Shown here in pieces: positions 38,589-47,153 of a stretch of DNA of 64,000 nt. The stretch is from Thermoanaerobaculia bacterium (GTDB lineage Bacteria; Acidobacteriota; Thermoanaerobaculia; Multivoradales; Multivoraceae): contig OY761158.1 of assembly GCA_963664405.1 (NCBI GenBank), forward strand, positions 128,001 through 192,000, read 5' to 3'. Position 1 is the stretch's first letter. The number at the start of each line of letters is the position of its first letter. The translations under genes and the position numbers were made by a program. The notes under the pieces were generated by a model that made no database searches, was not told the DNA's origin, and was given only the letters and a program-made list of their open reading frames with translations.

Positions 38589-39350
38589 ATGCCGATCTGC
38601 ACCCTCCTGACCGACTTCGGCAGCCGCGACTACTACGTCGGAGCCGTCAAGGGCACTCTGCTCCGACTCGCCCCCAAGGTCACCCTGGTGGACATCTCCC
38701 ATGCGGTGGAGCCGGGAGACATCGTCGAGGCCGCCTTTGTCCTCGGCGCGGCCGCGCCGGCCTTCCCTGATGGAACAGTTCACCTCGCCGTCGTCGACCC
38801 CGGAGTGGGAAGTGCTCGTAGGGTGCTTGCGGCACGAGCAGGATCCGCCTTTTTCGTGGCGCCAGACAATGGCCTTCTCACCTCGATCCTCCCTCGAGCG
38901 CTGGTGGTCTCGGCGGAGCGCCAAGACCTCACCGTCGCTGGGCCCGGCCGTACTTTCGACGGCCGCGATCGCTTCGCTCCGGTGGCGGCCGCGTTATTGA
39001 GAGGAGAGCCCATCGAGGCCCTGGGCGAAGTGGTTCTAGACCCCATCCTGCTCACTCTCAGGCGGCCCGAGCGAAGCTCGACCTCTCTGACTGGGGACGT
39101 GGTCCATATCGACCGCTTCGGCAATGCGGTGACGAACATCCCCTCCGCCTGGCTCTCGGCTCCGCCGGTGCGATCGACTGTCGGAAGCCTTGCAGTGGTG
39201 CATTATGCGACCCACTACGCAGAGCTGGAACCGGGGACACCGGCAATCCTTCCCGGTTCGCTCGGCACCCTGGAGATCGCGCTACGAGACTCGAACCTGG
39301 CAGCCGAGAAGGGTCTGCGGCGCGGAGACGCCGTAAATATCGAGCTCTGA
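38589..39350 (+). CDS. DUF62 SAM hydrolase/halogenase-family protein
   Basis: TLLTDFG, VDISH, VVDPGVGSARR, APDNGLL, TFDGRD, HIDRFGN, GTLEIA. Confidence 0.92.
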   Translation: MPICTLLTDFGSRDYYVGAVKGTLLRLAPKVTLVDISHAVEPGDIVEAAFVLGAAAPAFPDGTVHLAVVDPGVGSARRVLAARAGSAFFVAPDNGLLTSILPRALVVSAERQDLTVAGPGRTFDGRDRFAPVAAALLRGEPIEALGEVVLDPILLTLRRPERSSTSLTGDVVHIDRFGNAVTNIPSAWLSAPPVRSTVGSLAVVHYATHYAELEPGTPAILPGSLGTLEIALRDSNLAAEKGLRRGDAVNIEL

Positions 39351-39359
39351 GGGCGTTTG

Positions 39360-39545
39360 TCAGCGACGGCCGCGCAGCGCCAGCGCCAAGGCGAGACCGA
39401 CCGCGGCGGCCAAGACAGGCACTACCCAGGTCTTGCCACGGGGCACCATGCCGGTGCTCCGATCGAGAGCGCTGCGCAGCTCCTCGAGCCCCTCTTCGAC
39501 CCGCTTTCGGCTCTCTACAACGCCCGGCTTCGATAGCTCAGACAT
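39360..39545 (-). CDS. Small membrane-anchored protein (DUF3618/YqjK-like)
   Basis: 61 aa with coiled N-terminus, C-terminal TM and basic tail; overlaps the upstream holin-like gene. Confidence 0.6.
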   Translation of the reverse strand: MSELSKPGVVESRKRVEEGLEELRSALDRSTGMVPRGKTWVVPVLAAAVGLALALALRGRR

Positions 39546-39942
39546 CCGCCTCCTCTTCGGTCGAGGCTCCCGATACGCGCTCCTGAAACCACTGCCTCTG
39601 TTCCTCCCAATGCCGCTTCACGGTCACCGCCGGCGCCTCGAGCCGGCGCAACCGGCCGCGCGCAACAAGTCCTACAATCACAGCAGCCGCGGCATAGACA
39701 CCGCCGACGAGTAGCGCCGCCTGCCAGGGGGCAAAGACGAGAGTCAGTGCCCAAACCAGAGCCAGGCTGAGGACGACGAGCGAAAGCACGGCGAGCGCCC
39801 CGGCGATGGCTAGCAGGAGGAGGCCGTGGGCCAGGCTTCGACCGGTGCCACGTAGGTCGGCTCCCACCTCTTTCGCCTCCGCGCTGACGAGGTCCAAGAG
39901 CGCCTGTCCGATCTGCTTCAGAAGCTCGAGCCAGGTACCCAA
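39538..39942 (-). CDS. Phage_holin_3_6/YqjE-like membrane protein
   Basis: N-terminal amphipathic helix with LVSAE, 2 TMs, PWQAALLVGG.Y motif. Confidence 0.75.
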   Translation of the reverse strand: MGTWLELLKQIGQALLDLVSAEAKEVGADLRGTGRSLAHGLLLLAIAGALAVLSLVVLSLALVWALTLVFAPWQAALLVGGVYAAAAVIVGLVARGRLRRLEAPAVTVKRHWEEQRQWFQERVSGASTEEEADV

Positions 39943-39954
39943 AACAGTGTCCGA

Positions 39955-41745
39955 TCAGCCGATTACGAGTGCGCGGCTCAGATAGGAGGCCTTTGCGTTG
40001 AGGTCGTCACGCACTGCAATCCCCACTACCTGCTCGCCTTTGCGCATCGCGAGCTTCAGCTCGAAGGTTGTATATCCATCTACGGCCAGCGCTTCCTCCA
40101 TCTGGGAGGCGGGAATGGAGATATTCCAATTCTCGACCTGGACCGGCGATGTCCGCCCCTTGGAATCTGCGGCCTGGACCCAGATCCGAGCGCGCCCCTG
40201 GAAATTCTCCCGTACCGGAACCAGCTGCACATTTCCTACCGGCAACTTCACCAACAAGGTCACCAACCAGCTTCCGTCGTCGCGCTCGATCCTCGACTGC
40301 GGCTCGACCGTGATCCCGAGAGGGTTACTCTGAAAGCCAAACGCAAGGGTTGCGAGGATCGCATCCCCCATCTCCTTCTCGAGCGGCTTGTCACGGTAAT
40401 TGTCTCGAAAACGTACATCCGACTTCCGGATACCCAATCGTTTGGCTACGTCCTTCTTGAGCGTAACGTCGAGGTTGTAGCGCCGACCGGTGCCGGAATG
40501 GCTGGGTGAGAAGCCCAGCGAGTAGTAATTCTCGAAATCGGCGGCGATCTTGTCGAAACCGGCATTGAAGTTGTTCGTATTCACGATCGCGCGCCCGCCC
40601 GTCTTATCGGCGAGAAAGACTAGTGAATCCTGCAGATTGCGCGTATAGATCGAGTCGATGTTGGAGGAAAAATCCATCGCACCGTACTCAGCAGAGCGCA
40701 TTCCACCCACCCGTAAGCCGGCTGCATCGATGGTGTAAAACGTCACTCTGTTCGCCGCCGCCAGGTCGCCCAGATCTGAAAAGAGACGGGTGGCATCGTA
40801 CTGGAAGGACTGCATGATCGGGTTCGACTGACTCTGGTATTGACCGCTATCCTGCCCCGTGTTGTTCTGCTTCGCCTCGTCCAGAGCCCAAAAGAGATCT
40901 TCCCCCGCCCGCATCGGCAGGCCCTCGCTGATATAGAGAAACGCCTTACGGCCAGGCACGCCCGCCAGTTTGTTCACCATCTCGCGTATGCCGTCGAGGG
41001 TGAACTGGAGATCGTTGTACACATTCTCCGCAAACATGCGAACACGAGCTTCCGACTGGTAGAGGCTCTGGGCGTTCTGCATGTCGCGCAAAACGTCACC
41101 GCGCTCGGAGTTCTGCAGACTGCGACCGCCGGTATGCATCTCCAACTCATAGGTGGCGTCAGCGATCAGCTGGGGATCGGAGGTGAACTCTCGGATGACC
41201 TTGACCGATCGGTTGTAGCTGACCAGCATCGCTCGATCATTGCGATCGAGCTTGCTCCGTAGAAACTGACGCAGGTAGCGAAAGAGTCGGTTGCGACCCA
41301 CCGGGGTGATATTGAGATGGTCGACATAAACAACCAGGTTCAGCCGCTGGTCTTCGGGGATCGTGCTGTCCTGGAGGCCAGGATGAGAGGTAAAGAGCCG
41401 GTCGCGTGCTCGTTGCTGAGGAGTCGGGATCTCTTCTTCGTCCTCCTTCATTTCGCTGCCGCCACGGAATTCGTAGAAATTGCTGATGGCGACCGGGCTC
41501 TTGTTCTCCGTCAGCTCGAAGTCCTCGGCGGTCAAGCCCGTGATCGGGTTCCCCTTCTTATCGGTGACGAAGACATCGACGTTGACTATTTTGACGTAGA
41601 TAGTCTCGCCAAAGGCGAACCCAGAGTCACCCTCGGCTTCGGCCCCGAAAGCCTCGGCGACGTCGTCGGAGGGCGGCTGAGCGCTGACTCCTTGAAGACA
41701 GAGAAGGAGCGCGAGTCCGGCCGCTGACTTGAGGATATTTCGCAT
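39955..41745 (-). CDS. Exported VWA-domain protein (acidobacterial VWFA-related)
   Basis: Signal peptide; VNVDVFVTDKKGNPITGLTAEDF, PGRKAFLYISEG, LADKTGG, YYSLGF; TATAAT and GGAG upstream of ATG 41745. Confidence 0.88.
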   Translation of the reverse strand: MRNILKSAAGLALLLCLQGVSAQPPSDDVAEAFGAEAEGDSGFAFGETIYVKIVNVDVFVTDKKGNPITGLTAEDFELTENKSPVAISNFYEFRGGSEMKEDEEEIPTPQQRARDRLFTSHPGLQDSTIPEDQRLNLVVYVDHLNITPVGRNRLFRYLRQFLRSKLDRNDRAMLVSYNRSVKVIREFTSDPQLIADATYELEMHTGGRSLQNSERGDVLRDMQNAQSLYQSEARVRMFAENVYNDLQFTLDGIREMVNKLAGVPGRKAFLYISEGLPMRAGEDLFWALDEAKQNNTGQDSGQYQSQSNPIMQSFQYDATRLFSDLGDLAAANRVTFYTIDAAGLRVGGMRSAEYGAMDFSSNIDSIYTRNLQDSLVFLADKTGGRAIVNTNNFNAGFDKIAADFENYYSLGFSPSHSGTGRRYNLDVTLKKDVAKRLGIRKSDVRFRDNYRDKPLEKEMGDAILATLAFGFQSNPLGITVEPQSRIERDDGSWLVTLLVKLPVGNVQLVPVRENFQGRARIWVQAADSKGRTSPVQVENWNISIPASQMEEALAVDGYTTFELKLAMRKGEQVVGIAVRDDLNAKASYLSRALVIG

Positions 41746-41788
41746 CTCGGGTTTAGCTCCTCTCCCAGCTCCGAGGATTATAGTCGGT

Positions 41789-42583
41789 TCACAGATCGAC
41801 CCCATGATCGAGGGGTGAGTGTTCAGCTCCAAGAGTCAAACCTGGGCTCATGGCACGGCGAACGAAAGAGATCGCCTCGGCAGCAGCGGTGGGCAGCTCC
41901 CCCCCTCGCGCGAGACGAAGTGCGAGCGCCGAAGACAAAGTGCAGCCGGTGCCCCGGCTCGACTGGGTGACCAGGCGAGGAGCACGAAACTCCGTCGTCC
42001 CGCCGCTCCAGACCAGGAGATCGACAATCTCGCCGCCCTGCCCGTGGCCTCCGGTGAGAAGGACGGCGCCAGCCGCGCGGCACAGATCTCTGGCCGCAGC
42101 CTCCCTCTCCTCGCGAGATGCAACTGTCTTCCCGAGCAACATTGAAGCTTCGGGCAGGTTCGGCGTGATGACATCGGCGAGCATGAAGAGCCGCTCACGC
42201 ATCCTGACCACGCCCCCGGGGTCGAGCAGACGCGCTCCGTCCGAGGCAGCAATCACCGGGTCGAGCACGATCGGGACCCGCCGATCCAAAGCTTCAAGGC
42301 TGCTCGCAACTGCATCGACGGTCTCAGCTGTCCCCAGCATCCCGATCTTGATCCCATCTACACCCATGTCATCGAGAACGGCCCGAAGTTGGGCCGTCAC
42401 CACGCCGGCAGGAACACGGTGAATTTCCGCTACCCCACGGCCGCTCTGGGCGGTGACGGCTGTGATCACACTCATCCCATAGACCCCGTGAGCAGCAAAG
42501 GTCTTGAGGTCGGCCTGAACTCCCGCCGCCCCCGAACTATCAGACCCACCAATGCTCAATAATCGCAGCGGTGCCCGAGGCAT
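41789..42583 (-). CDS. thiD: Hydroxymethylpyrimidine/phosphomethylpyrimidine kinase
   Basis: GSDSSGAAGVQADLKT, KIGML, DPV, TPNLPEA, GTGCTLSS. Confidence 0.92.
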   Translation of the reverse strand: MPRAPLRLLSIGGSDSSGAAGVQADLKTFAAHGVYGMSVITAVTAQSGRGVAEIHRVPAGVVTAQLRAVLDDMGVDGIKIGMLGTAETVDAVASSLEALDRRVPIVLDPVIAASDGARLLDPGGVVRMRERLFMLADVITPNLPEASMLLGKTVASREEREAAARDLCRAAGAVLLTGGHGQGGEIVDLLVWSGGTTEFRAPRLVTQSSRGTGCTLSSALALRLARGGELPTAAAEAISFVRRAMSPGLTLGAEHSPLDHGVDL

Positions 42584-42586
42584 TCT

Positions 42587-43384
42587 TCACGCCTCGCGCG
42601 GATCAGGTCTCATCTGCCACAGGACCAACATCGTGACAACAACCAGAGCGCTGATCGCCTGTGCGACGGTAAAACTTCCGAGCATCCGGTCGTCCTTGGC
42701 GCGGAGGATCTCGATGCCGAATCGCTCGCAGGCGAGCAGCCCGAGGGTCACGACCGTCACTGTCCCGACGCGCGCACCGCGGCGCAGCAGAACCAGGCCA
42801 AGGCTGCAAATCAGGAGTGCGAGCATGGTTTCATAGAGCTGAGTGGGATGCACAGCCAAGAGCTCGTCTGCCGGAATCGAGGCGGGCACGTCGATACCGA
42901 ACTCTGAGCGCAGTCGACCCGCTTCCGTCGGCGGCAGCCCAACCGGAAACTTGACTCCCCACGGCAGATCGGTCGGTACGCCGTAGTCGTCTCCGACCAG
43001 AAAACAGCCGATCCGCCCGACCGCGTAGCCTAACGCCATCGCCGGCGTCGCCGCGTCCATAGTCTGCCACTTCGGAAGGCGCCGGCGGCGCAGGGTCCAC
43101 ACCACCGCCGCCGAGGCGAGCAGGAAGCCACCGTACCAAACCAGACCGGCTCGGTTGTAGAGCAGGCGAATGTCCTGGTAGAGGATCGCGTAATAGATCT
43201 TGCCGCCAAAGATGCCTCCAAAGGCGGCCGCGTAGAGAATCGCAATCGCGTCATCGTCGTCTCCGACGCCGAGAAATCTGAGATTGCTTCGTAGCAGGAA
43301 GAAGGCCGTGGCGAAGGCCGCGACCATCAGAGGTCCGAAGGGGCTGATCGAGAGCGAGCCTATATGGAAGACCTCTTGGAACAT
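42587..43384 (-). CDS. lgt: Prolipoprotein diacylglyceryl transferase
   Basis: GLVWYGG, GRIGCFLVGDDYG, VHPTQLYE, RF.IE.LR. Confidence 0.92.
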   Translation of the reverse strand: MFQEVFHIGSLSISPFGPLMVAAFATAFFLLRSNLRFLGVGDDDDAIAILYAAAFGGIFGGKIYYAILYQDIRLLYNRAGLVWYGGFLLASAAVVWTLRRRRLPKWQTMDAATPAMALGYAVGRIGCFLVGDDYGVPTDLPWGVKFPVGLPPTEAGRLRSEFGIDVPASIPADELLAVHPTQLYETMLALLICSLGLVLLRRGARVGTVTVVTLGLLACERFGIEILRAKDDRMLGSFTVAQAISALVVVTMLVLWQMRPDPREA

Positions 43385-43452
43385 TTCTTGGCGGGCGACG
43401 GGCCGGTGGGGTTAGTGTTGAACCGCGCTTCTATCGTAACATCGCCGTTTCG

Positions 43453-44529
43453 ATGCCGGATCGACCGCCCCCGCTTCCTTCGCCGCAGACCCTAGCGGCA
43501 ATCGAGCGCCTCGACAGTCTCTGCCGCAAGGGCAAACGCAGCGGTAGATGGCTGATCCTGAGTCACGACAATCCCGACCCCGACGCTCTGGTCTCCGCTG
43601 CTCTTCTTGGCGTCATCCTGAAACGTCGCTTCGGGGTCAGCTACACCCTCGGCTACGCCGGCATCATCGGTCGCGCCGAGAACCAGGCTATGGTGCGTAG
43701 CCTGCGCCTCCGCTTGAGTCGCTTAGCGCATCTGACCCTCGGCAACTACAAACACTTTGCCCTAGTCGACACCCAACCCGGTACAGGCAACAACCAACTA
43801 CCCGAAGAAATTGTGCCGGAGATCGTCATCGACCATCATCCGCTGCGCAAGAGGACTACGAGCGCGGCTCTGTGGGACATCAGGCCGCACTACGGGGCCA
43901 CCGCCTCGATTGTGGCGGAATACCTACTGGCCTCGGGAATCGAGCCCAGCCGCGAAGCAGCAACGGGCCTGGTCTATGCCATTCGCACCGAGACCCTGGA
44001 CTTCAGTCGTGAGGCTCAAGGCCCCGATCGAGTGCTCTACGACTACCTCAACCCCCTGGTCAACAAACGCGCACTCGGAAAGATCCAGCACCCCAAGCTA
44101 CCCCTCTCATATTTCCGAATGCTTCACCAGTCGCTGGGGAACATGGAGGGCGTCGAGAATGTGGTGCTCTGTCACCTGTCGGCCACTCCAACACCGGACA
44201 ATGTGCCCCAGATCGCCGACCTGCTGCTCCGCCTCGAGGGCAAGACTTGGTGCATGGCAACGGGCATCTACGAACAGCGGCTCTATCTGGCCTTACGCAC
44301 CTCGAACCCTCGTGCCGACGCCGGTCGTGCGATGCGCCGTATCCTGGGGCGCAAGGGCAGGGGCGGCGGTCACGGCATGATCGCCGGCGGCTGGTTCCCT
44401 CTCGATCCCGACGAGGACGGCACCGCTTCACAGAACCTCCTCACCGGTAGGTTGCTACGCCTGCTGAAGAAGGACCCCGAGCGGCTCGTCGCGATCCGTG
44501 TCGACGAGCCTCCCAACCTATCTAGCTGA
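43453..44529 (+). CDS. DHH/DHHA1 phosphoesterase (NrnA-like)
   Basis: SHDNPDPDA, LVDT, IDHH, GGGH..AGG. Confidence 0.88.
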   Translation: MPDRPPPLPSPQTLAAIERLDSLCRKGKRSGRWLILSHDNPDPDALVSAALLGVILKRRFGVSYTLGYAGIIGRAENQAMVRSLRLRLSRLAHLTLGNYKHFALVDTQPGTGNNQLPEEIVPEIVIDHHPLRKRTTSAALWDIRPHYGATASIVAEYLLASGIEPSREAATGLVYAIRTETLDFSREAQGPDRVLYDYLNPLVNKRALGKIQHPKLPLSYFRMLHQSLGNMEGVENVVLCHLSATPTPDNVPQIADLLLRLEGKTWCMATGIYEQRLYLALRTSNPRADAGRAMRRILGRKGRGGGHGMIAGGWFPLDPDEDGTASQNLLTGRLLRLLKKDPERLVAIRVDEPPNLSS

Positions 44530-44555
44530 CCCGCTCGACCTTCGTGCCATCCGTC

Positions 44556-44584
44556 TTGACGCTCAGCCGAGGCACCGGTATATT
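44556..44584 (+). promoter_or_regulatory. Sigma70-type promoter
   Basis: TTGACG-17 nt-TATATT upstream of the lipoprotein gene at 44655. Confidence 0.65.
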
Positions 44585-44654
44585 GGCTCGAACACCCTGC
44601 GAATTCTTTTCCCTCGGTCCATTCTCGTTGGTCCAAGCAAAGAGGTGCCCCTGC

Positions 44655-45086
44655 ATGAAGACTAAGAACTTTCTCCGTTTCAGCATCGTCCTGAGTGTGA
44701 TCCCCCTAGTACTGGCCGGCTGTGCAAGCACCAGAGGCGGTGGTGGTCCGAGCGACGAGGAGGTTTTGCAGAGTATGGCGGCGGAAATGCTCGAGGCTCT
44801 CAAGGCCAAAGACGTCGAAACAATGGTCTCGTTCTATGCCGACGACTTCACTTCCGACAACGGCGGCAAGGACGACACCAAGGCCTTCCTCGAAGGCGCA
44901 GCCCAGCAAGGCTTTCTCGACGGACTCGAGGTCGATACCAGTGAGATGGCGGTCGCTGTCGAAGGCGACACCGCTACAATCGGTCCGATCAAGCTCGAAG
45001 GCGCCTTCGGTGCGCTCACCATGGGCTTCGACATGGAGAAGCGCGACGGAAAGTGGTGGGTGGTCGCCCAGACTCAGGAGATGTAA
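44655..45086 (+). CDS. Lipoprotein with NTF2/SnoaL-like domain
   Basis: LAGC lipobox; FYADDF, VEGDTATI, KRDGKWWVV NTF2-like pattern; AGAGGT RBS. Confidence 0.8.
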   Translation: MKTKNFLRFSIVLSVIPLVLAGCASTRGGGGPSDEEVLQSMAAEMLEALKAKDVETMVSFYADDFTSDNGGKDDTKAFLEGAAQQGFLDGLEVDTSEMAVAVEGDTATIGPIKLEGAFGALTMGFDMEKRDGKWWVVAQTQEM

Positions 45087-45092
45087 GAGCGC

Positions 45093-45259
45093 CTAGTGTC
45101 CTGTATCAGTGGTTCGTTGCATAAATCGCGCAGTCATTTTGGGTGCTGCCAAGGCGCTACGACGAAGGTATATTGGGCAATATTGCGAGGAGGAGCAACG
45201 ACGGCAGCGCGCAAAAGGGCCAGCGAGTTGTGTGACGAACTACTGATACAGGACACTAG
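45093..45259. mobile_element. MITE-like palindromic element, 167 bp
   Basis: Terminal inverted repeat CTAGTGTCCTGTATCAGT(G/A)GTTCGT; core CGACGAAGGTATATTGGGCAATATTGCGAGGAG is homologous to the reverse complement of 7396-7574; lies between convergent genes. Confidence 0.85.
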
Positions 45260-45261
45260 CT

Positions 45262-45522
45262 TCAGCGCCTGCGGCGAATGATCCGCTTCAGCCGCGTCGG
45301 GTCTACACGAACCTTGGCGACCGGCCGACCGTCGCGAAGAAGAACTGGGACCACCTCCCCGAACCGCTCTCTCAGCCCGGGTTCACCGTCGACGTCGACC
45401 GAGGTCCAGGGCAGGCCGTAGCCCGGAAGCACCTGTTCGAGCACCAGGGCCATCTCGTCACAGAGATGGCATCCGGGCCGGGTGAGAAGGACGTACTCGG
45501 CCGAACGGACCCTTCCGATCAC
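45262..45522 (-). CDS. Glutaredoxin-like protein (DUF836)
   Basis: TRPGCHLCD, VDVD, VPVL. Confidence 0.85.
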   Translation of the reverse strand: MIGRVRSAEYVLLTRPGCHLCDEMALVLEQVLPGYGLPWTSVDVDGEPGLRERFGEVVPVLLRDGRPVAKVRVDPTRLKRIIRRRR

Positions 45523-45529
45523 GCCGGCC

Positions 45530-47143
45530 TCACTCCCACTCGATGGTTCCGGGCGGCTTGCTGGTGATGTCGTAGGTCACTCGATTGATGCCGCGCACGT
45601 CGTTGACGATCCGGTTCGCCGTCCGGCTCAGTAGGTCCGGGGGCAGGTGGCTCCAGTCGGCGGTCATGAAGTCGTTGGTATCGACCGAGCGGAGAGCAAC
45701 CACGTTCTCATAGGTGCGTACGTCGCCCATCACGCCCACGCTCTGCACCGGCAAGAGAACAGCAAAGGCTTGACTGACCGCGTCATAGAGACCTGCTCGG
45801 CGAAGCTCGTCGATGAAGATCGCATCGGCTTCCTGTAGACGAGCGACCCGATCCGGAGTGACCTCGCCTAGGATTCGAACAGCAAGCCCCGGCCCAGGAA
45901 AGGGATGTCGCCCAATCAGCGATTCTGGAAGACCAAGCTCCCGCCCTAGCTCCCGAACCTCGTCCTTGAATAGGTAGCGCAGCGGCTCGACGAGCTCGAA
46001 TCCCAGCTCCTCCGGCAGCCCTCCTACATTGTGATGGGTCTTGATGGTAGCGGAGGGTCCTTTCACCGAGACCGACTCGATGACGTCGGGATAGAGGGTG
46101 CCTTGAGCCAGAAATTCCATGCCGTCGAGTTTCGCCGCCTCTTCACGAAAGACATCGACGAAGACCCGCCCGATGGTCCGTCGCTTCGTCTCAGGATCGA
46201 CAACCCCCGCCAGGGCTCCGAGAAAACGATCAGCGGCATCAACCCCGGTTACTTCCAGCCCAAGGCCATCGCGAAGACTGGCGAGGACCTGCTCTCCCTC
46301 TCCCTTGCGCAAAACGCCGTTGTCCACGAAGATCGCTTGCATTCGGCTGCCGACCGCGCGCTGGAGGAGCACTGCAAGCACCGAGGAGTCGACCCCTCCC
46401 GAAATTGCGCAGAGCACCCGGCCATCGCCGATCTGGTCACGCAATCCTGCTATCGCCTCTTCGAGATAGGAAGACATCTTCCAGTCTCCGTGGGCTCCAC
46501 ACACCTCGAAGAGAAAGTTGTGCAGCACCTCACGGCCATGCGTAGTATGCGAGACTTCGGGGTGGAACTGGATGCCAAAGAGCCGTCGCTTCAAACTCTC
46601 GAAGGCGACGATCGGTGCGCTCTCGGTCCCGGCGAGTGCCCCGAAATCCTCGGGCAGACGATGTACCCGATCCGAGTGACTCATCCACACCGTCTGACGA
46701 CGATCGAGCCCGGCCAGCAACACTCCCGGAGCCGTGATCTCGATCTCGGCGCGGCCGTATTCGCGTCCGTCGGACCCGCTGACTTCGGCTCCCAGCTGAT
46801 GAGCCATCAATTGCATGCCGTAACAGATCCCGAGCACGGGTATTCCGAGCTCCAATAGCTCGCGCTTCGAGCACGGAGCGTCGGCCGTGTAAACGCTGTC
46901 AGGGCCGCCCGAAAGAATGATGCCGATGGGTTGGCGGCGCCGTACTTCGGCCGCGGAAATATCAAAGGGCTCGATCTCACAGAAGACGCCGCTCTCTCGG
47001 AGGCGGCGCGCTATGAGCTGCGTGTACTGACTTCCGAAATCGAGAATCAGAATCCGCTCGTGCCCACTCCGTCTGTCTTCATCTGCAGGATTGTCGGCAG
47101 GTCTCTCTACTGCCTGCCCTCTCTCTTCGTCTACTCTCAACAC
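45530..47143 (-). CDS. guaA: GMP synthase (glutamine-hydrolysing)
   Basis: DFGSQYTQLIARR, GICYG, QFHPE, SGGVDS, KTHHNVGG, KPPGTIEWE. Confidence 0.97.
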   Translation of the reverse strand: MLRVDEERGQAVERPADNPADEDRRSGHERILILDFGSQYTQLIARRLRESGVFCEIEPFDISAAEVRRRQPIGIILSGGPDSVYTADAPCSKRELLELGIPVLGICYGMQLMAHQLGAEVSGSDGREYGRAEIEITAPGVLLAGLDRRQTVWMSHSDRVHRLPEDFGALAGTESAPIVAFESLKRRLFGIQFHPEVSHTTHGREVLHNFLFEVCGAHGDWKMSSYLEEAIAGLRDQIGDGRVLCAISGGVDSSVLAVLLQRAVGSRMQAIFVDNGVLRKGEGEQVLASLRDGLGLEVTGVDAADRFLGALAGVVDPETKRRTIGRVFVDVFREEAAKLDGMEFLAQGTLYPDVIESVSVKGPSATIKTHHNVGGLPEELGFELVEPLRYLFKDEVRELGRELGLPESLIGRHPFPGPGLAVRILGEVTPDRVARLQEADAIFIDELRRAGLYDAVSQAFAVLLPVQSVGVMGDVRTYENVVALRSVDTNDFMTADWSHLPPDLLSRTANRIVNDVRGINRVTYDITSKPPGTIEWE

Positions 47144-47153
47144 AGCATGCTCC

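Noticed and set aside
39360-39942. Prophage remnant suggested by the holin-like protein
   Set aside because: YqjE/Phage_holin_3_6-type proteins are common chromosomal membrane proteins, and there is no endolysin, integrase or structural gene nearby.
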